The position numbers and the translations under genes are program-made. Source: Chrysomallon squamiferum (taxonomy: Eukaryota; Animalia; Mollusca). From it: a stretch of 64,000 bases of DNA. This document shows positions 1 through 16,515 of this stretch, one piece after another (positions within the stretch are counted from its first letter, which is position 1; each line of letters begins with the position of its first letter). The stretch is taken from the NCBI GenBank assembly GCA_012295275.1, contig CM022677.1, positions 8,680,001 through 8,744,000 of the forward strand, written 5' to 3'. The notes beneath the pieces were generated by a model. That model had not been told where the DNA came from, searched no databases, and worked only from the letters and a program-made list of their open reading frames with translations.

Positions 1-326
1 ATCTGCTGTAATGTTCACATTTTTTAATTAATTAAATTATAATTTTTCTAAGTAAGAGGATTCTTTTAAAAAGAAATATAATATCATTATCCTTTACATT
101 CATTTGTTTATTAACTTTATAAACAGTCTCATAATAATACAATATTAATTTTCTTATAAATAAATATAAATCAATAAATGTTGTGTCCCTTTAGAAATAA
201 ACTACAGATATTAATATTTTTATTTAGAAAAATAATGTGTATAGATGGAGGTGGAACTGCCAATGAAATTAATTTTAAGAAAATGTTATTTATGTGTGTG
301 TGGCTGTGTGAGAGAATGTGTGTGTG

Positions 327-360
<34 letters not shown>

Positions 361-388
361 AGACAGAACTACTGTTATGTTTACTTAC

Positions 389-638
389 CAAACATACTTA
401 AAAAAATACAGATTATTGCCAGTTCTGTTATGACACCAGCTAGAAATGGTTTGAGAAAAACTAAATTTCTTTTGATGTAGTAGAGAAGATTTCTGAAATA
501 AGTAAATTTAAAAGACTAATAATAATAATAATAATATATTTTTTAACAGTATTACGAACAAAAGTATGTACATTTACTTACTGGTTCCAGATGATTATTT
601 TGGTATTTATTTATTTCAATAACATGTCAGAAGCTTAG

Positions 639-712
<74 letters not shown>

Positions 713-1306
713 ATTAAATATCAAAATGGAAGAAAATAAATTTATTTCCTTAATCATTTCTTAATATTCTTACCAAATTTTGTGTTTTAGTATGTATGTC
801 TGCGAGTAAATACATATATCTATATCCATTTGTATATCTCTATATTATTTCCCCCCTCTCTCTCTCTCTAAATATTACCTCCCTAGCCGTAAGCATAAAT
901 TTTAGTATATTAAAAGTCGCTAGTGATTTTGAACTGGCTTTGTCGATAATAGAAAGTTATGTCCCTTTTCAAAGGAAAGGAAAATATTAATGCTAGTTAA
1001 GTAAAATTGGAAACAGATTAATTACTGAAAATATCATTCGTTTTGAATCTGCTTCTACGAAATATATTTATTTATCATATTCAACTAAACCAAAAATTAT
1101 AATATTAACGAATTTCGTCAGTTTAAGGGTGCTTTTTTAGTTGTTTTTTTAAAATGGAATGTTTTGAAAGATTTTAAAAAAAAATTATTTTTAGGCCGAG
1201 CATCTGATTTATATAAAAATAAATGTTCTAAAATGTAAACAATAAATATAATTCACCTAGATTTCGATAAACATTGACAGCAACGCCTTATTCTTCTTGG
1301 TAACAT
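389..1306 (-). CDS. 5' end of a putative type II membrane protein (cytoplasmic tail + TM), possibly another Golgi glycosyltransferase; continues left of the window
   Basis: Exons 1306-1257 (ATG...AG|gtgaat) and 492-389 (ttcag|...G|gtaagt) splice in frame to MLPRRIRRCCQCLSKSRNLLYYIKRNLVFLKPFLAGVITELAIICIFLSMF. A basic tail precedes a hydrophobic segment that ends at a phase-1 donor, as in the TM exons of the neighbouring C1GalT genes. Downstream exons not resolved. Confidence 0.45.
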
Positions 1307-1413
1307 GTGGAAAATTACAGGTTAATGACCGACATTAAACAGACTCCATCCGGCAGGGGAGACAATTCTGTTATCTATTAGCGTAAAGTGATTTCTCTAG
1401 TACCCCCATACAC

Positions 1414-1477
<64 letters not shown>

Positions 1478-1730
1478 TAAATTAATTAATTAATTGTAAA
1501 ACAAATGGTAAAAGTATCTGTTTTTACTACTATTACAACAACTACTACCACTACTGCTGCTACAGCTACTGCCACTATTGCTACTTCTTCTTCTTGTAAC
1601 TATTATTATTATTGTTGTTGTTGTTGTTGTTGTTGTTGTTACGTACAGTACTCGTCTTGAGTTGAGATTTACAAACACACGAAAGACGTAAATAAAAATT
1701 TAAACAATAATTTTATTTGACAAGACTTTT

Positions 1731-2346
1731 TCAGCACGTCAGACGCCATGAACTGAGCTCCCAGTCTTTTATGATTGTGCTGAAGCCGGGTGGTCTGTGA
1801 GTCGAGTGACAAACACTGTGACGTTTTGCAGCGCCGTTTGCGTGGTTGTCTACGTACTCGACGTGAAATACCGCCTGGAATGTTGATGAAAATTATAAAG
1901 AAAACAATAGCAGTCAGAGAAATATAAATTATATTAAAAAGAAATAATAAAATAAAATAAAATAAATAAATAAATAAATAAATAAATAAACACATATATT
2001 AAAAAATCTAAAAATGAAATTAAGTAAGTAAATAACTAAGTAAATAATTAAGTAAATAAATAAATAGAATTAGTTTAATAATACATTGATATAGGAAGGT
2101 GTATGTGTGTGTATGTGTGCGTCAGAGTTTGTATAATATATACGTTTATATCAAAATAAAGAAAAGTTATAAAATATAATAAATAATAGGAGCAAGATAA
2201 ATATTGATTATTACTTAAAAAATAATAATATACATGTAAACAAACAAACAAACAAATAAGAAAGTCAGTAATAGGAGATATAAAAATAAATTAATTAAAA
2301 ACTAAAAAGAAAAGTAAAAAGAAAAAACTACTACTACTACTACAAA

Positions 2347-2385
<39 letters not shown>

Positions 2386-2633
2386 TAAGAAAAATAAAAT
2401 TTATTAACTGTAACAATTAGCATAATAAACATTATTAAGCCAATAACTGTAAGGCAGCACTTACCTTGTTTTCATTTAGAAAAGGCAGATATTTATAACA
2501 CTCGTTATAGTCTAAACAAGACTCGTTCAGAGCCCAGTCAAAGTAGGTCACCAGATCTGGTATGAGATCTACTGCGTTCTTCAGGCCAACAGATAAACCT
2601 TTGGAATGTGCAGCTGTGCAGAAAAATATAGAA

Positions 2634-2693
<60 letters not shown>

Positions 2694-3207
2694 CATAATC
2701 ATAATAATAACTATGATGATGATGATGATAATAAATAAAGTAATAGATACATGGATAATATTTAATAGAGGCTTATTATAACTGTTTAAAAAGTAATATG
2801 TCAGAAATATCCTCTAGAGAGGACATGCTAAAATATTATAACAAATATTGTAATTGTGAGAAGGCGTTGACCTGCTTTGTCCGTTAATGCTGCCGTAAAA
2901 TAATAAATAATGTACTTATAAGAAAGTAGTTTATTAATATCAAAAACTGATTAAGAATTAAACAAACAAATAATAATAATAAAAAGATAAAAAATGAAAA
3001 ATTAAATTAAATCGAAACCTACTGTGGGCTAGCCATTTGTTGTAATCTAACTGATCACTCTTGATAAGTCCCAGGCCGTTTTTGTTATCGTATCCGTCGA
3101 CATTATCCGGTTCAACTGCATCGCAACCGCGAGATTTTGCGAGATCCAATCGTTTCTCCATTATAGATTTTATTTGTGAACTTCTGATAAAGTAATGAAA
3201 TAATGTC

Positions 3208-3292
<85 letters not shown>

Positions 3293-3589
3293 ATAGTTTT
3301 GTTCCTAATTTCATTCAACCGATTCTTTCGGTAATTCATTCAGTCGCTCACTGACAACAAAGTAGAAACCTGATGTCCACCCAACGTTCTCCATTCCAAT
3401 CCGGAAGTGAACTTCCCAATGTGCTGTGCGGGAAACTGTGTGCGTCGTTTCGCCAAGTCTCGCGAGTTCCAGCAGAGAAGTAGCAGATAATTTTGTGACC
3501 TTCACTAAGGGGAATTAATAACATTGATCAATCAATAAATAAAGGTAGTAGTAGTAACTGTATATACATATACCAATATATAAATATAA

Positions 3590-3620
<31 letters not shown>

Positions 3621-4058
3621 AACGCCTGTAAGTTTGTATCTGTATATGTATGTAAGCATGCGTACGTTGTTTGTATAAAATCTTTACGTATAATGTATGT
3701 CTGTGTGCGTAGATATATATATATACAGATAGATAGATAGATATAGATATAGATATATAGAGCTAGGTTACGTACATTTTTCAATTCCTGTCCGGTTATT
3801 TTTTTCTTATGTGGTTTATGTATATATCTGTGTATATTTATTTTTGTTTAGTTTTTTTATCTATTTTCACATTTACCTTCTTAAAGCGTGAAAATCGCTG
3901 TCCTTTGCATCAAACAGATCAATGTCAAATGCAGACGCTGAAACGTGCGTATTAATATGGCCTTGTAACTGCCACTGAAAAGTAGTTCCCGGTGCTGGAC
4001 TCCAGCCCTGGAAAGAAGCCCTGCATAGAGCCAGAACACAGATAATTCCTATTAACAT
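1731..4058 (-). CDS. Secreted glycoside hydrolase family 114 (endo-alpha-1,4-polygalactosaminidase / Ega3-like) protein, copy A, 256 aa
   Basis: 5 GT-AG exons with consistent phases: 4058-3877, 3504-3370, 3183-3023, 2613-2465, 1874-1731 (771 nt). Signal peptide MLIGIICVLALCRA. GH114 motifs: TTFQWQL, FDIDLFD, ICYFSAGTRE.WR.D, W.GERWVDIR, RLDLAKSRGCDAVEPDNVDGY, AH..GLSVGLKN, FDWALNESC..YNEC, KAVFHVEY, GFSTIIK..L..WR..C*. AATAAA at 1717-1712. Confidence 0.92.
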
Positions 4059-4436
4059 GGTGACCAGATAATGTACGTAGTTTATGAGAAATAATAATAA
4101 TAATAAAAAATAAAAAAAAACATTCATCAAGGGAGGCAATTCGTGTAATATCATTTTGACCTTGACCTAAAGCAGATATATAACGTGGGATTTAAAACAG
4201 ATTTACTTTTTATCTTGCTAAATCTTTTTTTTATTATTATTATTTTTTATAATCATTTATCTCTGTGGCTACAGACAACTTTTTGAAAACTGGGCTAACT
4301 CGATTATCTAATTATCTATCTACCAGACTGTGTGTCTGACTCTCTGTCTATCTATCTATTTATCTAGACATCCATATTTCTATCTGTTCATTTATCTATC
4401 TACTTGTCTATATGAATATAAATCTGTCTCTCTCTG

Positions 4437-4541
<105 letters not shown>

Positions 4542-4769
4542 TGCTACCAAATATTTTATCATTTTACACATAAACCGTGTTATTTCAATCTTAAGTACTG
4601 CAGAAATGTGTTTGTTAGAATTAGAACGAGGTAGCAGCTGTGCACTAAGCCTAATGAGATGTAAGTCTTTGAACACAACAGAATTACGATTTTTATATTA
4701 TACTAAATAGTGTAAATGTGATAATACGAATGACCATTACTGCCGTCGTAAAATAATAAATAATGTACT

Positions 4770-4886
<117 letters not shown>

Positions 4887-5051
4887 TCATGTCTTTGTCC
4901 TCTGTCTCTCTCATTTCTCTTTCTTCTCATGATAATAAGAATAATACTAACAACAATAATAAGAAGAAGAAAAATAAGAATAATAATAAAAATAAGAAGA
5001 AAAAGATCAACATCAACAACCAGAACAACAACAACTGCAAAACAAAAGACT

Positions 5052-7775
<2,724 letters not shown>

Positions 7776-7872
7776 CACTGAAATTTTTACACCAATAGAG
7801 TTTCTGAAAAAAAGAAAAAGTTATCCCATAGAAATATCATTATTACTATTATCACTGATATACATATACACA

Positions 7873-7903
<31 letters not shown>

Positions 7904-8004
7904 GCACACATACAAACACCCAAAACACACTGTATATACATATATACATGTATGTATGTATATGTGTGTGTGAGTGTGTGTATAATAATGATCATAATAA
8001 TAAC

Positions 8005-8059
<55 letters not shown>

Positions 8060-9075
8060 GTAATGATATAAATGATTATAATAAAATAACAATAACAATA
8101 ATAATAATAATTAAATAATAATAATAATAATATGAAGAACAAGAAGAAGAAGAAATACGGATCAAACGTATATTTTACATTACCATTTGATGCGACACAA
8201 AAAGGTAGACATTAGAAGCTGCGAACTAAATCTTTCCAATACAGCAGTCGACTTTACATCCAACTAATACATTGATTTAGAGTAATCTGCCTTTGCCTGT
8301 AATTCAGTGAAAGAACAACAGCAGGGAAACACCTTCTCTGAGATTTGTAAAACCAAACTATTTTCAGTAAATGTTCCGCAGACGATCTATTGGTGACACG
8401 GGAGCAACACGTTTCAGTTTGTCAGGTCGTCACTTGACTTTGTCCTGACCTTCAGCGTTCCTGAGTATTGTCTAAATGCAGAGTCTGATCAGACGTACAC
8501 AAGACAGAGAATATTCAAATCCAAAAATACATACATCCTATATTTACACACACACATATACACAGACACTCAGACATATACACAACATTATATATATATA
8601 TATAAACACACACAAACATACACATATTGCGAACATGTAGGTAAATTATTCTTTGTCATAAGGAGAATGTGAAGTATGACTATTACGACGCCAGATGTCA
8701 CTGTAAATGTGTTTCGCATCATAGATTTCAACAATAAAAACTACAAAACTATAACAAAAATAAATCAACAAAATAAAATAAAATAAAATTTATTATTTAT
8801 AAAACTGGAGACGTTAAAAGAAAACTAACGAAAAAGAAAAAAGATAAAAGCAAACATATTACATATTTATTTGAAATGAATGAAATTGGACACAGATTGA
8901 GATACACGTTTATAAAAAGGTCAGAAAAATAGTGTAGCAATAATAAACAAATAAATAAATGAAAACACATTGCTATGGTGGTGATAGGACCGACACTTTG
9001 TAATAAAATCTCGAAGTTGAACGACACTGACGTAATTTAACAATCTTTGTATTAATCTCTGAAAAACAGAAAACG

Positions 9076-10390
9076 TTAGCCTTCCGCTCTTCTCGATTCT
9101 CTTTTCTTCCAAAGATTCTTCAGCTCCTGTGATACAAAAATAGTCGTGTTTTGTTTTCTCCAGTCAGTTTCATTACTGTAGTATTCATCCAGCGTTTCCC
9201 CCGGATACGCCCGTCTATGCATGCTCCTCGGAGGTAGAGTTACCTCCCCTAAATAAAAGAGTCCCTTCAGTTTCTTGTAGTTAATATCGCGCCCGAATAC
9301 GCTGAGTTTGTAGAGAACAAAGTCCAGCAGGTACATCAACTTTGGTCCTGTGTAGTGAAAACTGACAGTCAGCTGGCTGCAGCATTCTTCTCCCTGCAAA
9401 AGTAAATAAATTAATACAGTTAGTTAGAGATACTGTTACTACAACTACAATTACAACTACATCTACTAGCACAATTATTATTACTATTCCTACTTTTACA
9501 ACTACTGCTAGTACTACTACCACTATTACTATTACTTCTATTATTATTAGTAGTAATATTACCACTACTACTGCTGCTACTGCTGCTATTGCTACTGCTA
9601 CTACTACTACAACTCAAATACCATTGTATTTTTGCAACAGCTATTTTGTAAAAGAACTTACTAATAGAGCTGGCATCGTTGAATAAGAAACTATAAAGGG
9701 AGGCATAGGTCCAACAACATATGAATATGCATTATGAGCATGGAACGCCTTCTTCCCGTGTCTGTCAACAGGGCTGTACGACAATACGTCAGCTTTATAA
9801 AGGCACCGCCCAGTCTCTATATCCTCGGCTCCGCCCTCTTTTCTACACCTCCCAGGAATGTTGTAACCGTTTTCAACCAACCTTTTCAGGGCCTCTCTGC
9901 TCAACACGTAGGACGCACCTCCACTCATGTACCCATTAGGTGCGAAGTGTTTAAAAAGGTCGCCCATGTAAATTGGCTGGCTTGGTTTATACTGATGTAG
10001 CAGATATTTTAAATTTTCCATAATGATGTAAGTATCGTCATCAGCTTTTAGAAAAAAGTCGAAATCGTTTAAATAATGTTTGTACAAATACGTGAATGTG
10101 AATCTTGTTTTTTCTGTCAGAGTCTGACGATCATCCTCTATGTCAACCGGAAGTATATCTGCGCCTGTCATGTTTGTTGTCATGACGTACAGAATTTTGT
10201 CACAGCGACGCCCCCACGTTTGATTGACAGCTCTCAGTTTTTCGTGAAGTTGGCTTTCTCTCGTCGTAACAAAGCAAGCAACTTTTACCAGTTTAGAAAG
10301 TTCATCTGCAAGCTTGAAATTTATCGCCACTAAAGGAAAGAATAATATGAAAAATTATGATGATGATGATAATGATGATGATAACAGTAA

Positions 10391-10433
<43 letters not shown>

Positions 10434-11135
10434 AATAATATTAATAATAAAAATAATAACAATAATATTGTTATTATTATTATTATTTTCCATTTCTATA
10501 TGTGTATACCTCCATCTGTCCGTTTCTTTATCTGTCTTTTAGAAATTTTTTCGAACGATGTTCAAACATAATTATATACATATACATATTTTTAGTTATG
10601 TTTTTATATATATATATATATATATATATTACAGTGGCTTTTATCTGATTACATTTCTATCCTCTTTTTCTCAAATGATAAAAAGAAAATAAATTAATAA
10701 ATAATAACTAAATATCTACATACGGTTGTTTTAATAATAGCTGTATGTAAAATAATTTAAATATCTTACGTCCTACATTGGCGTCGTCCTCCAAAATCTT
10801 ATAGTTTATTGTTGAATGTGGCTCGTCTGAGAATTCTTCCTTTTCTTCTGTAGCAATATTTCCGCCATAGAATTCTGAAAATGTAATAGACAAAGATACA
10901 TATTTTTTATTTACAGTAATACGTACATATGAATTTATACTAACATATAGACTGACAGACTGAAGATAGGCATACAAAATCGTACACAGACACGCATATA
11001 TATTATAATGTATATCTTTATTTAAATAAAGTTTCCAGTACCTCGGTAATTTCCGGTAAAATACGCCAAGAGAAACAAAATTACTGAAGAGCTTACTGCA
11101 AGGGAGATAAATACAGATACTTTTCTAATCTTCAT
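9076..11135 (-). CDS. C1GALT1: Core 1 beta-1,3-galactosyltransferase (GT31)-like, copy B, 394 aa
   Basis: Exons 11135-11042 (MKIRKVSVFISLAVSSSVILFLLAYF, TM), 10874-10770, 10329-9662, 9393-9076 (1185 nt). Same exon phases and motifs as copy A. Acceptor near 11162 and donors near 11964 and 12221 suggest 5' UTR exons. Confidence 0.9.
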
Positions 11136-11166
11136 AATGAAATACCGTGTCTTCTAGTCAATCTGA

Positions 11167-11244
<78 letters not shown>

Positions 11245-11721
11245 AATTAAAAATATAACATTCAGATAAAGCTAATCAGCGTAGTTTTAGAGAAATATGT
11301 GCGCATGGTTTCATTATTAATTTTTTTCTTCTTTTAACATGATAAATGTCATATAAAGGTATATGTTTTATATATATAATAAAAACAGAAAGACACACAG
11401 ACAGGCAGAGAGATAACAAACACTTTTATTTTTGTTTTTTTGACGCAAAGAATGTCAGACAGGTATTGTTCAGCCCAAGGACAGGCTTATCAAGTTGCGC
11501 CATTGATCGTATCAGTCGTTGCGTAAACATTAACTATGTCGTTTGAACAGTCAGTTTAAACTTTTCCTTCTTTCTTTCTTTCTTTCTTTATTTTATTATT
11601 GATTAGTTATTATATTTTATTTTATAAATTATTATTATTATTATTTAATCGATTTACAAAGAGCAAGTTTTAATGGAAAGTTGACATTATATCAAGCGAA
11701 ATACACTAGAATAGAGAGATA

Positions 11722-11768
<47 letters not shown>

Positions 11769-12565
11769 AACAAACAAACAAACAAACAAACAAACAAACA
11801 AATAAATAAATAAATTAATTAACTAAAAAACTGAAACAAAAAAAATGTATCAATTTCTTACACTCTTAACAAACGAGTTTCGGGACCTAGTTGGAACGGT
11901 ATATTAGTTCAATGGAAAAAAATGGCACAGTTTCGTCCAGCTTCCTATTTCATATAATACTTACCCGAAGAAGAAGAAGAAGAAGAAGATGAAGAAGAAG
12001 AACAACAACAACATAGAGAAGAAACAAAACAGAGCGAAATGATTTTAATAATAGTAAGAATATCAGCATTAATAACTACAAAATAATAATAATAAAAGAG
12101 TAAAAACAAAAATAATAATAATGATAAGGATAATAATGATAATATATTTTATATCAATAATATTAATACAAATTACTATAATATTAATAACAAAAGAAAG
12201 AATTTCAATTTAGTTGCTTACCGAAAAATACATCCACTAGCAATTCTTGACATACGATCTCGCGATATCTCATTCCAACGAGAATTGCACTGTTATCTCA
12301 TTTGCCCTTAAGCTAATATTTTAACTGAATTTTTAAGGTTCCCATCATTACGTAAAACGTAACACTGAGAGAAATGGAAAAAGAAAATTAAAAATATAAA
12401 GAAATAAAAATAATAAAAATAAAAAAAAAAAACAAGTTATTAACCGGAAAAGAGAAATTAAGCCTTTCAGTGAAGTTACATAGATTTAATTTTTTTTATT
12501 TATTTACTTACTTATTATTGTTTCTGCTATTATTATTCTTATTCTTCTTATTATTATTTTCATCA

Positions 12566-12623
<58 letters not shown>

Positions 12624-14054
12624 TCATCATTGTTATTATTTCCACCATAATTATTATTATCATCATCAACATTATCATCATAATCATCATCAGAAATCAG
12701 CGCCATCATCATTATTTTTTCTTTCATTTTATCCATCCTTTTCATACGTCATCCTATTTTCTATTATACTGAAATGAAGTATCTGAAGGCTGTTCTCTGT
12801 CGTATCTGAGTATCTTGGCTCCGAGGTACTACATAACAGGCTTTGATCTGGTACTACATATATAAAAGATAACCACTGTGTTTCCCCTAGGAAGTAATTT
12901 ATTACATCTACATTACACATTTCTGAATGTCGATACTTTTCTAATCTTCATAATGAAATATTCATTAATCTCAAATAGAAATTCAATTAAAAAAGAAAAA
13001 GAAAAAACTCACACAAAAACTTTAAGTTACTGTGGTCTTATGTATGTATGTATGTATGTATGTATGTATTTATCTATCTATCTATGTATGTATGTATCTA
13101 TCTATCTATCTATTTATATATATATATCTGTGTGTCTGATTATACATGTTTAGAAAGTCACACAAACGATAGATAGAAATATAGATAGAATGATGATAGA
13201 AATATAGCTATATAAATAGATAGCTAGATAGACAGACAGAGAGACAGACAGATGGATAGACAGAGCGAGATAGACAGATATAGATAGTATAGAGAGACAG
13301 ATAGAGAAATAGACAGACAGACAGACACAGACAGGCAGAAGACAGACAGACATATAGATACACAGATAGATAGATAGATGGACAGATAGACAGGCAGACA
13401 GATATATAGATAAATAGACAGACAGACAGACAGACACAGACAGACAGACAGACAGACATATAGATAGATAGAAAGATAGATAGATATGTAGGTAGACAGA
13501 GAGATACACAGAGAGATAGATACACAGATAGACTGATATATAGATGTAGACAGACGGGGTAGCTAGATAAACAGACACATCGAAAGACTGGTAATGTTAA
13601 ACAGAAAATAAAATTATATATGACTGTAATGTTTGTCTGTGTGCAGTGTGCAAAAATTAAACACGCCATGTAGACGCGTGACAGAAGAAAAACATGGCTT
13701 GTCTGTCAACAAAACTTCCTATGACAGCAGAATCGTTGTCTCTTTGCACTGAAATGAACTTTGTATTTAATTATGTACATATATACACGCACAACTGAAA
13801 AGAATTTCTGCTCGAACCCATTATTTTAGCGCTTCCTATAATATCTTCATAAATAATTTATTATGAAATTACAAAGTAGTAATCATAACGTAAAAGTTCA
13901 ACATGAATCAAAACAAAATAAAATAAAATTCGTTATTTTCAGTTATCAGCGTTGGACTAGTGACGTCGCGGATGCAAGCAATTACGTCAGATTATTAATT
14001 ATTTCGTCTGCTTTTTCGTTTGGTTTTGGTAAATTTGCAGTAATTCTAGAAAAT

Positions 14055-14085
14055 ATGCCCAGGTTATTTATTTATTTATGACATA

Positions 14086-14117
<32 letters not shown>

Positions 14118-14478
14118 TTATTTTATCATTGCTCTATTTGATAATAATGTATTTTATTTATATTATTTTGGCTTAATTTATTGTCCTCTATTTTATTTTA
14201 TTTTATTTTTATTGTTGCTCGTTTTCATAATAACTGTTTAGTAATTTTTTTCAGCTATTACACAGTAATTAACCCTTTTACTGCTATCCTGTTTTTTACC
14301 TTCATGGGCGTTGTCTCTGGTTATCCCCAAATTCCTAAGGGTGCCACGTTTCAACTCCAGTTACAGGATGAGGTTGACACCTCCGTAGAGGCAGATGTTT
14401 TCGACATTGACCTCTTCGACTACAATGTCTCAACCATTAAGGCGTTGAAAAAGTAAATAACTCTCAATACAATACGTT

Positions 14479-14511
<33 letters not shown>

Positions 14512-14622
14512 ATGTATTTATCTGTATGTATATATATTATATACATCTATAAACAGTCATATATACATATATGTATTACAATGTATATGTATTCATATAT
14601 GTATTACAATGTATATGTATTC

Positions 14623-14655
<33 letters not shown>

Positions 14656-14929
14656 TGTATGTATGTATGTATGTATCTAACCATGCAAGTAAAAACGCTG
14701 CCATAACCTTCACTTATTACAAAACAATGTAATTGCAGCCTGAGTAAAACTGTTATCTGCTGTTTCTCTGCCGGATCTCAGGAAGCCTGGCGAGGATTTA
14801 ATAAAAACATTCCCACGTCTGTCCTTGGCGACCATTTTAACACGTGGCTGCCAGAAAGATGGTGGGACATCCGCACAAAGCTCGTTCGTAATATTATTAT
14901 TGACCGATTAAATCTGGCAGTAAGTAAAT

Positions 14930-15009
<80 letters not shown>

Positions 15010-15107
15010 ATATATAGATATATATAGATCTATATGATCTGTCTACATGTTATGTGTGTGTGTATTAGTGAATATGGAGTTTTTAAATTATTTTAATCAT
15101 CATCGTC

Positions 15108-15143
<36 letters not shown>

Positions 15144-15485
15144 ATTAATATATATTTTTATTTACTATCAATATTATTTTACCGACACACATAATGTGGA
15201 GTTTTTAATGTTGACTGTGTTGACAGGCTGAGAAAGGTTGTGACGGTGTTGAGCCTGACAACGTCAACGCATTCCAAGTAAAGGGCGGCGGTCTCAACAT
15301 CACAGAATCAGATGAGGAGTCATTCTTGAAGTGGCTGTCTGCACGTACGTTTGCAACCATTACTTCTGCAACTACTACTACTAAGAACAAGAATGGCAAT
15401 AATAACAATAACAATAACACGCAGTTTGTTTTATAATATTTTTTTCTTTAGTTATTACTACTACTACTTCTACTACTACTACAGT

Positions 15486-15517
<32 letters not shown>

Positions 15518-16308
15518 TTAGCTGTTGTATTATTATCATTATTTTCAGAAGCTCAGACAAGAAACCTCTAGTATTACATTACTTCTACTACCACTACTAG
15601 TACACCAGAACTGCTACTACAATTTACAATTAGCACTACTACTAGCTATTACTATTATTATTATTATTTTCAGAAGCTCACAAAAGAAACCTCTAGTACT
15701 ACTACTACTACTACCAGCTATTACATTTTTTTACTTTTTCAGAAGCTCACAAAAGAAACCTCTCGATTGGTTTACGGAACGTCCACTCGCTGACAAGCAG
15801 GCTAAACCCGTATTTTGATTGGCAGTTAGTTGACGAATGCTTCGACTTTGAAGAGTGCGATAAATATATTTCGTTTCTTCAAAGCGGAAAAGTACGATTT
15901 TCTTCGTTAATCTCCGTATATCCTTGTAATATAATAAAAATGTGTTCAATGGAAAAGATCGTCTGAAAGAAACAAAGAAAAAAGAGACTAGAAGGAACTG
16001 ATGTGATGCAAAATAGAAATATATTATTAAACTTAATTATTAAATATCAGAATCAATAATAAAAAAGACAATAAGAACAACAATAATACTTTTTCCTTTA
16101 ATTATTATTATTTTTACGATTATTTTTACTGTATTATTATTATTACTCTGTTATCATCATCTTCTACTACTACTTAATTTAATATTATCATCATCATAAT
16201 CTTTATAATTATAATTATCATCGTCGTCGTCATTACTCCTACTATTGCTACTGCTATTATTATTACTATTATTGTTGTTGTTGTTACTACCGCTGCTATT
16301 ACTACTAC

Positions 16309-16372
<64 letters not shown>

Positions 16373-16515
16373 AGGCAGTATTTCATATGGAGTATGTAGA
16401 CAGAATGGAGGATGGTGCTCGAAGGTACAATGAAATATGCGACAATGTACCAATCGGTTTTACGACAATCATAAAGCAGTTTAGTTTAGATGCCTGGAGA
16501 ATTCCTTGTGATTAA
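14055..16515 (+). CDS. GH114-family protein, copy B (divergent, catalytic acid altered), 264 aa
   Basis: Exons 14055-14062, 14255-14452, 14739-14919, 15227-15344, 15743-15891, 16375-16515 (795 nt, open frame). Hydrophobic N-terminus; motifs ATFQLQL, FDIDLFD, ICCFSAGSQE.WR, ERWWDIR, GCDGVEPDNVN, AH.RNLSIGLRN, FDWQLVDEC..FEEC, KAVFHMEY, GFTTIIK..L.AWRIPC. The 8-nt first exon is the least certain part. Confidence 0.88.

Noticed and set aside
1669-1995. ORF with basic RRVRRQPRKRR stretch (NLS or antimicrobial-like)
   Set aside because: Off-frame reading of the last GH114-A exon (AVFHVEY... frame).
4157-4168. TGACCTTGACCT (AGGTCA DR0 nuclear-receptor-like site) upstream of GH114-A
   Set aside because: A single short motif with no counterpart at GH114-B; cannot be supported as functional.
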